From an uncultured Halobacteriales archaeon (GTDB taxonomy: Archaea; Thermoplasmatota; E2; JACPAO01): a DNA stretch of 56,716 nucleotides. Shown in pieces: positions 42,876 through 52,862 of the stretch (position 1 is its first letter; each line of letters opens with the position of its first letter). Both the position numbers and the translations under genes were made by a program. The notes beneath the pieces were generated by a model, which searched no databases, had not been told where the DNA came from, and saw only the letters and a list, made by a program, of their open reading frames with translations. Where the stretch lies: positions 1-56,716 of the forward strand of contig CAYOZB010000002.1 of NCBI GenBank assembly GCA_964408365.1, given 5' to 3'.

Positions 42876-43349
42876 ATGAGTGTCCAGATCCTCCTCGGGT
42901 CGATCAATGACCGCGAAGTCGCGGCTGGCGCCGAGAAGGTCCTCAAGGAGATGGGCGTGGCCTTTCAGACCACGGTCGCGTCCGCGCACCGCTCCCCGGC
43001 ACGCGTAGAACAGATCGTGAAAACGTCGAAGGCGGACGTGTTCATCGCGATCGCCGGCCTCACCAATGCCCTCGCGGGCGTCGTCGGCGCACTCACCATC
43101 AAACCCGTCATCGGCGTCCCCGTCTCTGGCAAGCTCAACCTCGACTCCCTCCTCAGCGTCACCCAGTTGCCCCCGGGCATGCCGGTCGCGGCGGTCGGAT
43201 TGGACCGCGGCGAGAACGCGGGCCACTTGGCCTGCCAGATGCTCGCCATCAAGGACCCCGCCTTGCAGAAAAAACTCGTCGCATACAAGCAGAAACTCGC
43301 CGACAAGGTCGAAGCCGACGCCAAGACGTTAGAGGCAAGCACCCAATGA
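42876..43349 (+). CDS. purE: N5-carboxyaminoimidazole ribonucleotide mutase
   Basis: ATG at 42876 (MSVQILLGSINDREV). SAHRSP, IAIAGLTNALAGVV, GVPV. ATTTAA box at 42845-42850. Confidence 0.9.
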   Translation: MSVQILLGSINDREVAAGAEKVLKEMGVAFQTTVASAHRSPARVEQIVKTSKADVFIAIAGLTNALAGVVGALTIKPVIGVPVSGKLNLDSLLSVTQLPPGMPVAAVGLDRGENAGHLACQMLAIKDPALQKKLVAYKQKLADKVEADAKTLEASTQ

Positions 43350-44326
43350 CGACCACCATCGCCGCCTTGTTCAACTCCAGAGAATTCATCGACGAGCAGG
43401 TCGAGAAGGTCCGCAAGACCGTCGGCAAGGGGCACGCGGTCATCGCCACCTCGGGCGGCGTCGACTCCACGGTCGCCGCGGCCATCGTCGGCAAAGCGAT
43501 CGGCAAGAACCTCACCGCGGTGTACGTCGACACCGGGTTCATGCGAAAAGGCGAGACCGAACAGGTCCGCGACATGTTGGGCGCGTTGAAAATCGACGTT
43601 CGCATCATCCGCGCCGAAGAGGAGTTCTTCACTGCGCTCCATGGCGTCACCGAGCCGGAAGCCAAGCGCAAGATCATCGGCGAGAAATTCATCCGCATCT
43701 TCGAACGGGTCGCCAAGGAAGTCAAAGCAGATTTCCTGGTCCAAGGCACCATCGCCCCCGACTGGATCGAATCCGGCGGCGGCGCCCGCGACGTCATCAA
43801 GAGCCACCACAACGTCGGCGGCCTCCCGAAGGACATGAAACTCAAACTCGTCGAACCCCTCTACGACCTCTACAAGGACGAAGTGCGAAAAGTCGCACGC
43901 GAACTCGGCCTGGCGATCAGCGAACGGCAACCGTTCCCCGGACCCGGGCTCGCGATCCGCGTCTTGGGCGACTTGACGAAGGAACGGGTCGGCATCGTGC
44001 GCGAAGCCTGCGCCATCGTCGAAGAAGAGATCGAGATGGCCCACAAACAAGGCCGCTTGGGCGTCCTGCCGTGGCAATACTTCGCCGCCCTCCTCCCGGT
44101 CAAATCCGTGGGCGTGCAGGGCGACATCCGCGCCTACGGCCAGACCATCGTGGTCCGCGCCGTCGCCTCGATCGACGCGATGAGCGCCACCTACTTCCAC
44201 ATCCCCCACGACGTGTTGGAAAAGATCAGCAGACGAATCACCAACAACGTCGTCCTCAAAGAACACGTCAACCGCGTCGTCTATGACATCACCGACAAAC
44301 CGCCCGGAACCGTCGAGTGGGAGTAA
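43346..44326 (+). CDS. guaA: GMP synthase subunit B (ATP pyrophosphatase/dimerisation part)
   Basis: ATGA overlap with purE. P-loop SGGVDSTVAA. C-terminal DITDKPPGTVEWE. Confidence 0.9.
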   Translation: MTTTIAALFNSREFIDEQVEKVRKTVGKGHAVIATSGGVDSTVAAAIVGKAIGKNLTAVYVDTGFMRKGETEQVRDMLGALKIDVRIIRAEEEFFTALHGVTEPEAKRKIIGEKFIRIFERVAKEVKADFLVQGTIAPDWIESGGGARDVIKSHHNVGGLPKDMKLKLVEPLYDLYKDEVRKVARELGLAISERQPFPGPGLAIRVLGDLTKERVGIVREACAIVEEEIEMAHKQGRLGVLPWQYFAALLPVKSVGVQGDIRAYGQTIVVRAVASIDAMSATYFHIPHDVLEKISRRITNNVVLKEHVNRVVYDITDKPPGTVEWE

Positions 44327-44328
44327 CC

Positions 44329-45108
44329 ATGCGAAGCGCCTCGATCCTGATCGTCGTGGTAGTTCTCGCGGGCTGCTTCGGCTCCCGCGGCGACGCACCG
44401 TCCGGGCCGCCAGCGTCGTCGGACGTTCCGACGTTGGAACCGTTGTCGGAGCTCGATTGGTCCGGGACCGGATGCGGCGAGTTTGCGCTCTTCGTGAACC
44501 GACCCGTCAGCGCGGTGCGGCCGTACGTGGATCCGCGGTTCGAGATCTTCGAGGCCCAAGGACAAGCCGTGGTGGCGCTCGCCGTCGCCCGGTGCGCGGA
44601 CGCCGTCATCGGCGGCGAACCGACGAACAACCTCGTCTTCAGTGACATCGGCGTCAGCATCCAGGATCCGGAGGGCGGCCGGGAGCCGGCGTACTACTAC
44701 TTCTGGCAGGCGACGAACCGCGAGCTCCACCGAGAAAACATGACCCGCCTTGGGCTCAACGCGGTCGACGCACCGGGCTCGAACTATCTAACGTTCGGTC
44801 TTTTGCAGGCGACGCTCGTGCAAAGCCGGATCGGATGGCCCAACGAGGCGTACCACGCAAGCGGCACGGGAACGCCCCAGGCGATCGCTTCTCCGCCGCC
44901 ACCGCTCGTCTGGTGGCACGGCTCCGAGAACGGCACCATGAAGACCGACTACACGGTGACGATCCAAACGATTGGACCAGCGAACGGCAACTTCAGCCTC
45001 ACGCCTGGGAGCTTGTTCGCGACGATCATGGGAACGACCGAGGTCCAAGGGGACGGGATCATGACAACGTTCACCTTCGCGGCTAGGTCCGAACGCGTCG
45101 AAGTCTAA
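44329..45108 (+). CDS. lipoprotein, no recognised domain (possible CxE-family member)
   Basis: ATG at 44329 gives MRSASILIVVVVLAGC (lipobox). 259 aa. Confidence 0.55.
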   Translation: MRSASILIVVVVLAGCFGSRGDAPSGPPASSDVPTLEPLSELDWSGTGCGEFALFVNRPVSAVRPYVDPRFEIFEAQGQAVVALAVARCADAVIGGEPTNNLVFSDIGVSIQDPEGGREPAYYYFWQATNRELHRENMTRLGLNAVDAPGSNYLTFGLLQATLVQSRIGWPNEAYHASGTGTPQAIASPPPPLVWWHGSENGTMKTDYTVTIQTIGPANGNFSLTPGSLFATIMGTTEVQGDGIMTTFTFAARSERVEV

Positions 45109-45122
45109 GGTCGAAGTCTAAG
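45097..45122. repeat. perfect 13-bp tandem duplication spanning a stop codon
   Basis: GTCGAAGTCTAAG at 45097-45109 is repeated at 45110-45122. The TAA of the lipoprotein gene is at 45106-45108. Confidence 0.9.
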
Positions 45123-45198
45123 GGAACGTTCCTCCGGAAACGACGACACTTGACCCAACCGCCAACGGTCTTTTCCGCCTAACCCCCTTTCGAGCGGT

Positions 45199-46542
45199 GT
45201 GGTTGACTCCGCGTACCTGATCGAGGTCACGTGGAACGTCGCCCTCGTCGCCTTCTTGGTCCTTCTCAACGGGTTCTTCGTCGCCGCAGAGTTCGCCATC
45301 GTCAAAGTCCGCGAGACACAACTTCTACAATCCAAAGGTCCGAGAGGCCATGCGGCGCTCCACGCCGTCCGGAACCTCGACGCCTACCTCTCCGCATGCC
45401 AGCTCGGCATCACCATCGCAAGCCTCGGACTCGGATGGGTGGGCGAACCGGCCGTCGCGCACCTCATCGTCGAACCCCTGCTTGGGAAGGTCCTCGTGGA
45501 TCCGGAGACCATCCAGACCATCGCACTCGTCCTCGCGTTCCTCATCATCATCGCGCTGCACATCGTCATCGGCGAACTCGCACCGAAAGGTCTAGCGATC
45601 CGAGCCGCCAAACAGACCACACTCTGGACCGCAATCCCCCTGCGGCTCTTCCGAAAACTGTTCGCACCCATGATTTTCCTCCTGAACGGCAGCGCAAACC
45701 TCATCCTCCGCCTCATCGGTATCAAACCACTCACCTCTGCGGACGCCGAGCACACGATCGACGAGCTCCGCATCCTACTGGCTCGCGCACACTCGAAAGA
45801 GAAGACGCAGCGACAAAGCGCCGAAGTCGCCTCCCGCGTCTTCGGCCTCACGGACCTGGAAGCGCGCGACATCATGGTGCCGCGCGAACGCTTGATCCTC
45901 CTCGACGTGCGAAAGACCTTCGAAGAAAACTTCCAGGTCGTGGAAACCCACACCTTCACCCGCTACCCCGTCTCCGACGGAGGCCCCGACTCCATCCTCG
46001 GCTTCGTCCACCAACGCGACGTGTTCTCGGCCGCGAAGATGGACCCAAAACCCCGTCTCCAAGACCTCCTGCGAGAGGTCCACGTCGTGCCCACCTCCCA
46101 AACCGTCAGCCGGGCCCTTTTCGACATGCTCGACAAACGCAGACAGATGACCATCGTCGTCAACGAGTTCGGCACCACGGTCGGCCTCTTGACCCTCGAG
46201 GACATCTTCGAAGAACTCGTCGGCGACATCCCGAGCGAGTTCGAACGCGCCGATCCCCGTCTACGCGTCGTCGCCCCGGGACACTACCTCGTCGACGCGT
46301 CGATGCCGCTGCACGAACTGCAGGTCGTCCTCAAGGAACCCTTGCCGGAAAAAGGGGCGGCGACCCTGGCGGGACTTCTTAACAACCATTTGGGACGCAT
46401 CCCCACCAAGGGCGAGAACATCCGCATCGGAAACTACGGTTACTGGGTGAAGGAAGCCGACAAACGACGCGCCCGGCTCATCGAGATCCGACGCAACGAA
46501 ACGCCGCTTCCGACCGACGACTCTGCACCGGCGGGCCCATAA
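45199..46542 (+). CDS. HlyC/CorC-family transporter-associated protein (DUF21 membrane domain, CBS pair, CorC_HlyC domain)
   Basis: LNGFFVAAEFAIVKVR, IGELAPK, CBS-like MVPRERLILLD, C-terminal transporter-associated domain. GTG start. Confidence 0.85.
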   Translation: MVDSAYLIEVTWNVALVAFLVLLNGFFVAAEFAIVKVRETQLLQSKGPRGHAALHAVRNLDAYLSACQLGITIASLGLGWVGEPAVAHLIVEPLLGKVLVDPETIQTIALVLAFLIIIALHIVIGELAPKGLAIRAAKQTTLWTAIPLRLFRKLFAPMIFLLNGSANLILRLIGIKPLTSADAEHTIDELRILLARAHSKEKTQRQSAEVASRVFGLTDLEARDIMVPRERLILLDVRKTFEENFQVVETHTFTRYPVSDGGPDSILGFVHQRDVFSAAKMDPKPRLQDLLREVHVVPTSQTVSRALFDMLDKRRQMTIVVNEFGTTVGLLTLEDIFEELVGDIPSEFERADPRLRVVAPGHYLVDASMPLHELQVVLKEPLPEKGAATLAGLLNNHLGRIPTKGENIRIGNYGYWVKEADKRRARLIEIRRNETPLPTDDSAPAGP

Positions 46543-46576
46543 CGTTTATCACAAAAATGGTCCTGGCTCGCCTGCA

Positions 46577-47173
46577 ATGAAGGTGTTCGTCGTCGACAAC
46601 GGCAGTCAATGGACGCATCTTCAATATCGTGCCCTCGGCAACATGAAGGTCACCACGAAGGTGGTGCCGAACACGACCCCCGTCGAAGAACTCGAGCGGG
46701 AGCAACTCGACGGCGTCATCCTCTCCGGCGGAGCGGCCCGCGTCGGCCTCGACGGCCGCCTCGGTGCCGTCGGCGATTACCTCGACCGACTCAAGATCCC
46801 CATCATGGGCGTCTGCGCGGGTCACCAATACATGGCCAAGCACTTCGGCGGCCAAGCCGCCCCCGGCAAAGGCACGGCCGAGTTCGGCATGGTCGAGATC
46901 GACGTCCTTGAACCCAACGACATCCTTCGCGACGTGCCCCCCAAGACCGTCGTCTGGGCGAGCCACCATGACGAAGTGTCTGTGGTACCGCCCGGCTTCA
47001 AGGTCCTCGCCTCCTCTCCCGCGTGCCCCGTCCAAGTGATGCGGCACCGCGAGCGGCCCTTGTTCGGACTCTCCTTCCACCCGGAAGTCCGGCACACCCA
47101 GCATGGGGGGACCATTTTCCAAAACTTCATCCGCATCTGCGACGAGCACAAGCGCAAGGCCATCTCACCATGA
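46577..47173 (+). CDS. guaA: GMP synthase subunit A (class I glutamine amidotransferase)
   Basis: MKVFVVDNGSQWTH, nucleophile GVCAGHQYM, FHPEV. 198 aa. Confidence 0.85.
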   Translation: MKVFVVDNGSQWTHLQYRALGNMKVTTKVVPNTTPVEELEREQLDGVILSGGAARVGLDGRLGAVGDYLDRLKIPIMGVCAGHQYMAKHFGGQAAPGKGTAEFGMVEIDVLEPNDILRDVPPKTVVWASHHDEVSVVPPGFKVLASSPACPVQVMRHRERPLFGLSFHPEVRHTQHGGTIFQNFIRICDEHKRKAISP

Positions 47174-48039
47174 AATTCGAAGTCCAACTCGAGGAAGAGG
47201 GGGACTCCGAGATGTTCGAGGACCTGGCGCGGTACGTCAAGTACCATCCCAAGCTCGCCCGGTTCCTCTTCAATCCGGCCGGGTTGACGTTCCTCATCGG
47301 CTGGTTCCTGTTCTTCGGCATGGCCATCGGATGGATCGCCATCGCCATGCTCGACCCGGAATCAGGCCAAAAGATCGCTTTGACGGTCGCCACCGAGTTC
47401 TTCCCGGGGAAGGAAGCGGCCGTGTTCCTCGGGATCGTGTTCCTCGATCTTCATCCCGTGATCGTGTGGGGGATCTCCTGGATCATCGACATCATCACCA
47501 CGACGTGGGCCTATCCGCTTTTCTACCTCTTCCGGAAACGCCAGGTCGGACGGCAGACCTTCTTCGGTTATTTTTTTGCAAAAATGGAGCGGGGCGCCAA
47601 ACGTCACCAACACAAGGTGGAAAAGTACGGCGGCTGGGGCATCTTCCTCTTCATGCTCATCCCGTTCGCCGTCAACGGATCGCTCATCGGCGCCATCGTC
47701 GGCAAATTGGCCGGCGTCCGCACCCGTTACATCCTGCCCGCCGTGGTCGGCTCCACCATGGTCTCGAGCGCCTACTGGGTCCTCCTCTGGTACTTCTTCG
47801 AAGACCAGACCGAATCGTTCGTCGCAAGATACGGCGGACCATGGATCGCCATCGTCATCGTCACGCTGTTCGTCCTGTTCTTGCTCAAGAACGTGATCGA
47901 GTTCTGGCGCGACCTGCGACATTTCCGGGAGATCCAGGCCCGGCGCCGAGAACTCATCAGTCGGCAACGGCACGAACAGACCTTGTTCCTCAGCGAGACC
48001 GTCGAGGTCGACTCGCGCACGGACGCGTCAAAAGAATGA
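47170..48039 (+). CDS. membrane protein, small-multidrug-export-like (COG2426-type) core
   Basis: ATGA overlap with guaA subunit A. KVEKYGGWGIFLFMLIPFAVNGSLIGAIVGKLAGV resembles the family core. 289 aa. Confidence 0.45.
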   Translation: MKFEVQLEEEGDSEMFEDLARYVKYHPKLARFLFNPAGLTFLIGWFLFFGMAIGWIAIAMLDPESGQKIALTVATEFFPGKEAAVFLGIVFLDLHPVIVWGISWIIDIITTTWAYPLFYLFRKRQVGRQTFFGYFFAKMERGAKRHQHKVEKYGGWGIFLFMLIPFAVNGSLIGAIVGKLAGVRTRYILPAVVGSTMVSSAYWVLLWYFFEDQTESFVARYGGPWIAIVIVTLFVLFLLKNVIEFWRDLRHFREIQARRRELISRQRHEQTLFLSETVEVDSRTDASKE

Positions 48040-48040
48040 T

Positions 48041-49945
48041 TCAGGCCAATCCGAGTTCAGCGCGGCTTGTGCCGATCGCCAAGAGGAGTTCGTCGATGTG
48101 GGCAGAGTCTACGTCGGCCGAGCGCTCTTCGCCGCCCGGGTTCCAGGGTCCCCAGATGGCTTGGCGGACCTCGCTGTCGACGCTCGCCCATAGGTCTTCC
48201 GTCGCGCGGGCCGGGGCGGCCATGTCGCCGAGGGCGACCTTGATTGCGTCTTCGGCACTTGCGGCGTTGATGAGTCCGTATCCGGAATAGATGAACGAGG
48301 CCGGTCCGCCGGGGAGGCCGGCTGGGTTCGCGGTCGCCGCACTGCCGTCGGTCTTCGCGGTGATGAGAAGCGCTCGTTCGGCCTCGGCGCGCGTGAGTTT
48401 TCCGTCGCCCACGAGGCCCGACAGGGCGGGTCCTTCAGCGACGACGGCGCCGGGACGCGGACCTTCGGCGGTGTCTCCCAAGCGTTCGCGCGCGGTCATG
48501 ACGATGTGGGCGTACGCGCCCGCGACCACGGGCGTCGCGGCGCTCGTCCCGCTGAAGGTACGGATCGAGTTCATCGATTGGTGCGAAGCGCCTCGCCAGT
48601 TCACACCATAGGAGGTGACGTCGAACGGTCTGCCCGTGCCGACGGTGCGCGCGGAGTTCGATGCGTCGCTGGAGCCGATCGTAAGGATCCAGTCCGGGCC
48701 GGTCTGGGAATGAAGGTAGGTCAACGTGGGCGCGTCGAACGCGTTGAGCATACCGTTGCCGGCCGCGAACAGGACTTCTTGGCCCGCTTCGACGGCGTCG
48801 CGCGACGAGGAGGAATCATAGACGACCTCGGGGACGATGCCCGGGTCGGCGGAGCAGCCGAGGGAGGAGGCGGGGATGCAGAAGGTCCAGGAGTTGGAGA
48901 CGACGTCGATCCAGCTCTGTTCGAACGCCCACTCGAGGGCTTCGTCGCCCGGTCCCTCGATGATGACGATGAGACAGTCGGGGCAGGTGCCGACCGTGGC
49001 ACCCGCGGCGTCGGAGGCGGTCGCAGTGCCGTGCCCATCCTCATCGAGGATCGCAGTCGCCCCGTACTCGTTCATGGAGATCGCGCCAATGATGCGGGTA
49101 CCAGGGATCCAATACAAATCGCCCGTTTCGACGCTTGCCCAGGTGGCTTCGTCGCGCACCGTGGCGGCCTTGAAGGTCGGCGCATCCAAAGCGAGGCGCA
49201 GTTCCGACGCGGCCGGGGGGTACCCGTTGACGTACTGAGACGGGTGCGCGTCGAAGCGGTCATCTCGGAACTCGGAGTGGTACGGGTTGACGCCGCTGTC
49301 GATGATGGCAACGACGGCGAAGCTCTGGGAGGCGAGATCCGTGGGTTCGCCGATGTCGACGCCGATGGCGAGAAGGTGCTTCGCCTGCGAGATGCGGGCA
49401 CTGGAGCTTCCGCGCAACGAGACCTCATACACGGCTTCCGCGGCGTACGTGTGGGTCGGGGCGGATTCGCGGCTGGATTCTCCGTCGCCGAAGTCCCAAT
49501 GGTAGAGATCGACGACGGCGCCCTCGGGCGTGACGATGGGTTCAAAATCGACGGTACGGCCGGAGACGCTGTAGCGGAAGTCCAGGCGGAACTCGTCGGA
49601 GCCGCTGACGGAACCGATGGCGAGCGTCTGACGGGCCGAGTCGACGTTGCCCGCTTGGTCCTCGATGAGCAGTTTGATGTCGTAGGTCGTGGCGGCCTTG
49701 AACTCGTGGACGGGGTGTTGTTCGTCGCTAGTGTTGCCGTCACCGAAGTCCCAACGCCAAAGGGCGATGGAGCCGCTCGACGTGTCGGTGAACTGGATGG
49801 GTTCGCCGATCGCGGCAACGTCGGGCGTCATGGTGAACGACGCTTGGAGGTCGCCCGTGGGGGCCTGTTTGGGCCCGCCGCCTCCGCCCATGCAACCTGC
49901 AAGGAGGATGGTGAGGATGAGAAGGCTGGCCGGACGGGGACCCAC
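48041..49945 (-). CDS. subtilisin-like (S8) serine protease lipoprotein with two N-terminal PKD domains
   Basis: Lipobox LLILTILLAGC. PKD motifs WRWDFGDG and YHWDFGDG. Catalytic triad contexts AIIDSGVNPYH, DGHGTATAS, SGTSAATPVVAG. GTG start. Confidence 0.85.
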   Translation of the reverse strand: MGPRPASLLILTILLAGCMGGGGGPKQAPTGDLQASFTMTPDVAAIGEPIQFTDTSSGSIALWRWDFGDGNTSDEQHPVHEFKAATTYDIKLLIEDQAGNVDSARQTLAIGSVSGSDEFRLDFRYSVSGRTVDFEPIVTPEGAVVDLYHWDFGDGESSRESAPTHTYAAEAVYEVSLRGSSSARISQAKHLLAIGVDIGEPTDLASQSFAVVAIIDSGVNPYHSEFRDDRFDAHPSQYVNGYPPAASELRLALDAPTFKAATVRDEATWASVETGDLYWIPGTRIIGAISMNEYGATAILDEDGHGTATASDAAGATVGTCPDCLIVIIEGPGDEALEWAFEQSWIDVVSNSWTFCIPASSLGCSADPGIVPEVVYDSSSSRDAVEAGQEVLFAAGNGMLNAFDAPTLTYLHSQTGPDWILTIGSSDASNSARTVGTGRPFDVTSYGVNWRGASHQSMNSIRTFSGTSAATPVVAGAYAHIVMTARERLGDTAEGPRPGAVVAEGPALSGLVGDGKLTRAEAERALLITAKTDGSAATANPAGLPGGPASFIYSGYGLINAASAEDAIKVALGDMAAPARATEDLWASVDSEVRQAIWGPWNPGGEERSADVDSAHIDELLLAIGTSRAELGLA

Positions 49946-49971
49946 GGCGTCTTCCTAGGCCGCCCGTTCCC

Positions 49972-49978
49972 ATAAAAA
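49972..49978 (-). promoter_or_regulatory. TATA-like box 27-33 nt upstream of the S8 protease start
   Basis: The minus strand reads TTTTTAT in a short GC-rich spacer between the thioesterase stop and the protease GTG (49945). Confidence 0.35.
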
Positions 49979-49999
49979 CGTTGTGGGTTGCGTGCTGAA

Positions 50000-50422
50000 T
50001 CACTCCGGCAAGGGCACGCCCGGGCCCGTGGCCAGGTCCGCTTCCAGTCGCGCCCGCAACGCCGGATCGACGGGTTTCTTAGCGTTCTTTTCGTAGTCGA
50101 ACATGACGAGGACGGTCTCGGCCGTGGCGACGATCTCGCCGTCGATCGTGCGCAACGCGTAGTTAAGGGTGAAGCTGGTGTTGCCGATCTTGGTCGGCCA
50201 CACGTGGATGTCGAACACTTCGTCGTACACGAGGCCGCGAAGGTACCGGCAGTTTTGGGCGGCGACGATGATGTCGAGGTCCTTTGGACGCGTCTGGTTG
50301 CGGATCTTCATGTAATAGTGGCAGCGGGCGGTCTCCATGTAGGTGAAGTACGCCGCGTTGTTGACGTGTTCCATGACGTCGACGTCGCGGTACGAGACGC
50401 GCATGCGTTCCGAGTAGCTCAT
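50000..50422 (-). CDS. hot-dog fold acyl-CoA thioesterase (4HBT/YbgC-like)
   Basis: ATG at 50422. MSYSERMRVSYRDVDVMEHVNNAAYFTYME. 140 aa. Confidence 0.8.
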   Translation of the reverse strand: MSYSERMRVSYRDVDVMEHVNNAAYFTYMETARCHYYMKIRNQTRPKDLDIIVAAQNCRYLRGLVYDEVFDIHVWPTKIGNTSFTLNYALRTIDGEIVATAETVLVMFDYEKNAKKPVDPALRARLEADLATGPGVPLPE

Positions 50423-50475
50423 GTGGGGGACGATGGGTCGGACCCGGGTGCGGCGAATAACGTTTTCGAGCCCGA

Positions 50476-52710
50476 CTACTCGAACACGTACACCTGGATG
50501 TACACGGTGACGAGTTGTTTGAGTTCCGGGTGGTAGACGCTTGCGATGCGGGTCTGCACACCGTTGGCGGCGTTGAGCGGGATCGAGGGACCGTAGTCGA
50601 GGTAGAGGTTCCGGTAACTCAGGACGACGAGGTTGTGCATCAAGGCCAGGCCTTGGCACGCGGAGGTGAGCGGCGTGCCGCAGGATTGTGCTTGTTGGGC
50701 GGGGCTCTGCAACGCGAACGGTCGCCAGCCAGAGAGGATGACCTTGCCGGAGCCGAAGGAGCCGCCGTTGCTGATCCCGAGGACGTCATCGTCGCCTTGC
50801 GACACGACGTGGGAGAAGTACGCGTCGGATCCCGAATTGTAGTCCCAGTCGCTCAATGCGTTGAAGGTCGTGTAGTCGAGATCGTTAGGGACGTTCAGCG
50901 CTGGGTGGTCTGGGTCTGGCGTGTAGAGGCTGGCGCTGCCTCCGTCCAAGGCGGCGTGGAAGATCGGTTGCAGCCATTGGACGGATTGGCTCGTGCTTCC
51001 GAAGACGACCAAGGTGCCGCCGGCGTACACCCATTCACGGATGGTTCCCTTGGCGGCGTCGCTCGTCATCACGTTGTGGTCGACGTCGCTTCCGACGATG
51101 AGGGTCGTGTAGACTTCGAGCGTGGGTTCGCCTGCCGCGTTCTCAAGATAGTTCGGAAGATCGTTGTTCATTGCGCACTTGATGTCCGGGAACACGTCGC
51201 CGCGGTCGTGGATGGTCGGGCCCGTGATGTACGGCAGGTCGATGGGGGCATCGGGGTCGGCAAAGTCTGGGTCGTTGGAGCCTTTTTGGAACTGATGGAA
51301 CAATTGGTCGACGTATTCGGCTTCCGTGTACGTGGAAGCTGCTGGCACGAAGTCGCCGAGGCTGATGGTACATTCACTCGCAGTAGCGAGAATCTCGAAG
51401 TAAGCGGTACTTTGGCGAACTCCGGCGGCGATGGTCGGCACCCAGAGCTCGGCACGGAATCTGCCAAAACCAGCGTCCGGCGATCCATCCACGGGGCTCG
51501 CGTCCAGCCAAGTCTCCAGACTCTGACTGGGAGTCGGGTTCGGGATGTCCCGTGCGACGGTTTCCGTTCCGCCCGGGTCCTTGATGATTCGGATTTCGAC
51601 ATCGTCGCCATTGAAACTGGGGACCGCATTGCCCTGGCCGTCGTACGCGTCGTACTTGACGTTGGGCCACTTGTTGGATCCGCTGAACGGCAACGCGTAG
51701 TTCCGGCGGTCCATGCTCAACGTGGTGATCGGATCGTCCGTGTTGGTCGCATCCGACATGTCGCCCGTCATGGGCACCGTTCCCGTGCCGCCCGTCGGCA
51801 TCGGCCCGATGGCATCGCTGACACTGTAGGTGAACTGTGCCGGGTTCGTGCCCCAGTCCCAGTCGTCGACCCTTCGGATCGTTGCTGACACCGTCTGCGA
51901 ACATGCGGTGAAGTCGGGTGACGTGCAGCCGCCGTCGATCGGGAAGGAGTTGACCGTGAACGTGACAGGTTTCTTCTTCAGCAGGAAGGAGAAGTCGACC
52001 GAGAACCCAGACGTTACAGAGCCAGTGTTGGTGATGGCGACGGACACGGTCCCGAACTTGTCCGTTGGGTCCGTGGCCTCGTTGATCTCGAACGAGCCAA
52101 CCGTGGTGACCGTTGCACGCGTGACCGGCGACGAACCATCGACGTAGTTGCCGAGGTACAGGGGCCGGAGGTACTGGTCCTTGTAGCCCATGCCGAGGAT
52201 CTGCCGGACCGACGCCAAGACGGGTTCGCTGCGGATGTGGAAATCCAAGCCCTTGCCGGCAAGGCCGAGGCTTCGGTGCGCTTCGACGTAGTCGACGAAA
52301 TTGTTGGTCGGCGAAGCGGCGTGCGCGGCGTTGTTGATGTTGCTGAACTTGGCGTAGCTGAGATTGTTGTTGTGCCGTGGATCAGAAGGATTGTAATCGC
52401 ATCCTTCGTCGCCGAGGCCGAACCGTCCGAGGGGCTCGCCGGAGCCGTCGAGGAGGCCGACCCCTTCCGCCGTCATGACGGTGGCCGGAAGGCACGGGTC
52501 GGCGGTGTACCACCCGTCGCCTTTGTCGAAGATCTGGCCGGCGACGCTCATGGCCAGTTGGTGGAAGTTTGCCGCTTCTGCGGGAGTGGTGTTGGCTTCG
52601 CGTTCGATGCTGGATTCTACCACGTAGTAGAAGCTGACAGAAAAGAGAACGATTGCGATGATGAATCCAACCAGGGCGCTGACGCCATGGTCGTCATTGT
52701 GTTTGCGCAT
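50476..52710 (-). CDS. giant pilin-like protein with class III (prepilin) signal peptide (744 aa)
   Basis: MRKHNDDHG-VSALVGFIIAIVLFSVSFYYVV matches the archaeal pilin N-terminal pattern (charged, G, VS, ~20 hydrophobic residues). The rest has no domain recognisable by eye. Confidence 0.6.
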   Translation of the reverse strand: MRKHNDDHGVSALVGFIIAIVLFSVSFYYVVESSIEREANTTPAEAANFHQLAMSVAGQIFDKGDGWYTADPCLPATVMTAEGVGLLDGSGEPLGRFGLGDEGCDYNPSDPRHNNNLSYAKFSNINNAAHAASPTNNFVDYVEAHRSLGLAGKGLDFHIRSEPVLASVRQILGMGYKDQYLRPLYLGNYVDGSSPVTRATVTTVGSFEINEATDPTDKFGTVSVAITNTGSVTSGFSVDFSFLLKKKPVTFTVNSFPIDGGCTSPDFTACSQTVSATIRRVDDWDWGTNPAQFTYSVSDAIGPMPTGGTGTVPMTGDMSDATNTDDPITTLSMDRRNYALPFSGSNKWPNVKYDAYDGQGNAVPSFNGDDVEIRIIKDPGGTETVARDIPNPTPSQSLETWLDASPVDGSPDAGFGRFRAELWVPTIAAGVRQSTAYFEILATASECTISLGDFVPAASTYTEAEYVDQLFHQFQKGSNDPDFADPDAPIDLPYITGPTIHDRGDVFPDIKCAMNNDLPNYLENAAGEPTLEVYTTLIVGSDVDHNVMTSDAAKGTIREWVYAGGTLVVFGSTSQSVQWLQPIFHAALDGGSASLYTPDPDHPALNVPNDLDYTTFNALSDWDYNSGSDAYFSHVVSQGDDDVLGISNGGSFGSGKVILSGWRPFALQSPAQQAQSCGTPLTSACQGLALMHNLVVLSYRNLYLDYGPSIPLNAANGVQTRIASVYHPELKQLVTVYIQVYVFE

Positions 52711-52862
52711 CAGTCGGTTCCTACCCAGGGCGCGCTAGTCGTTGCTTCTGTTCCCGTAGTATTTAGGCGCCTGCCGATAGCAGTAAGTACCACTATTTCA
52801 GGGTCGCTCTAGAGGACCAGCGCCCTAAACCCCGGTTCTCCAGGCTTATAGCCGGCACCGAA

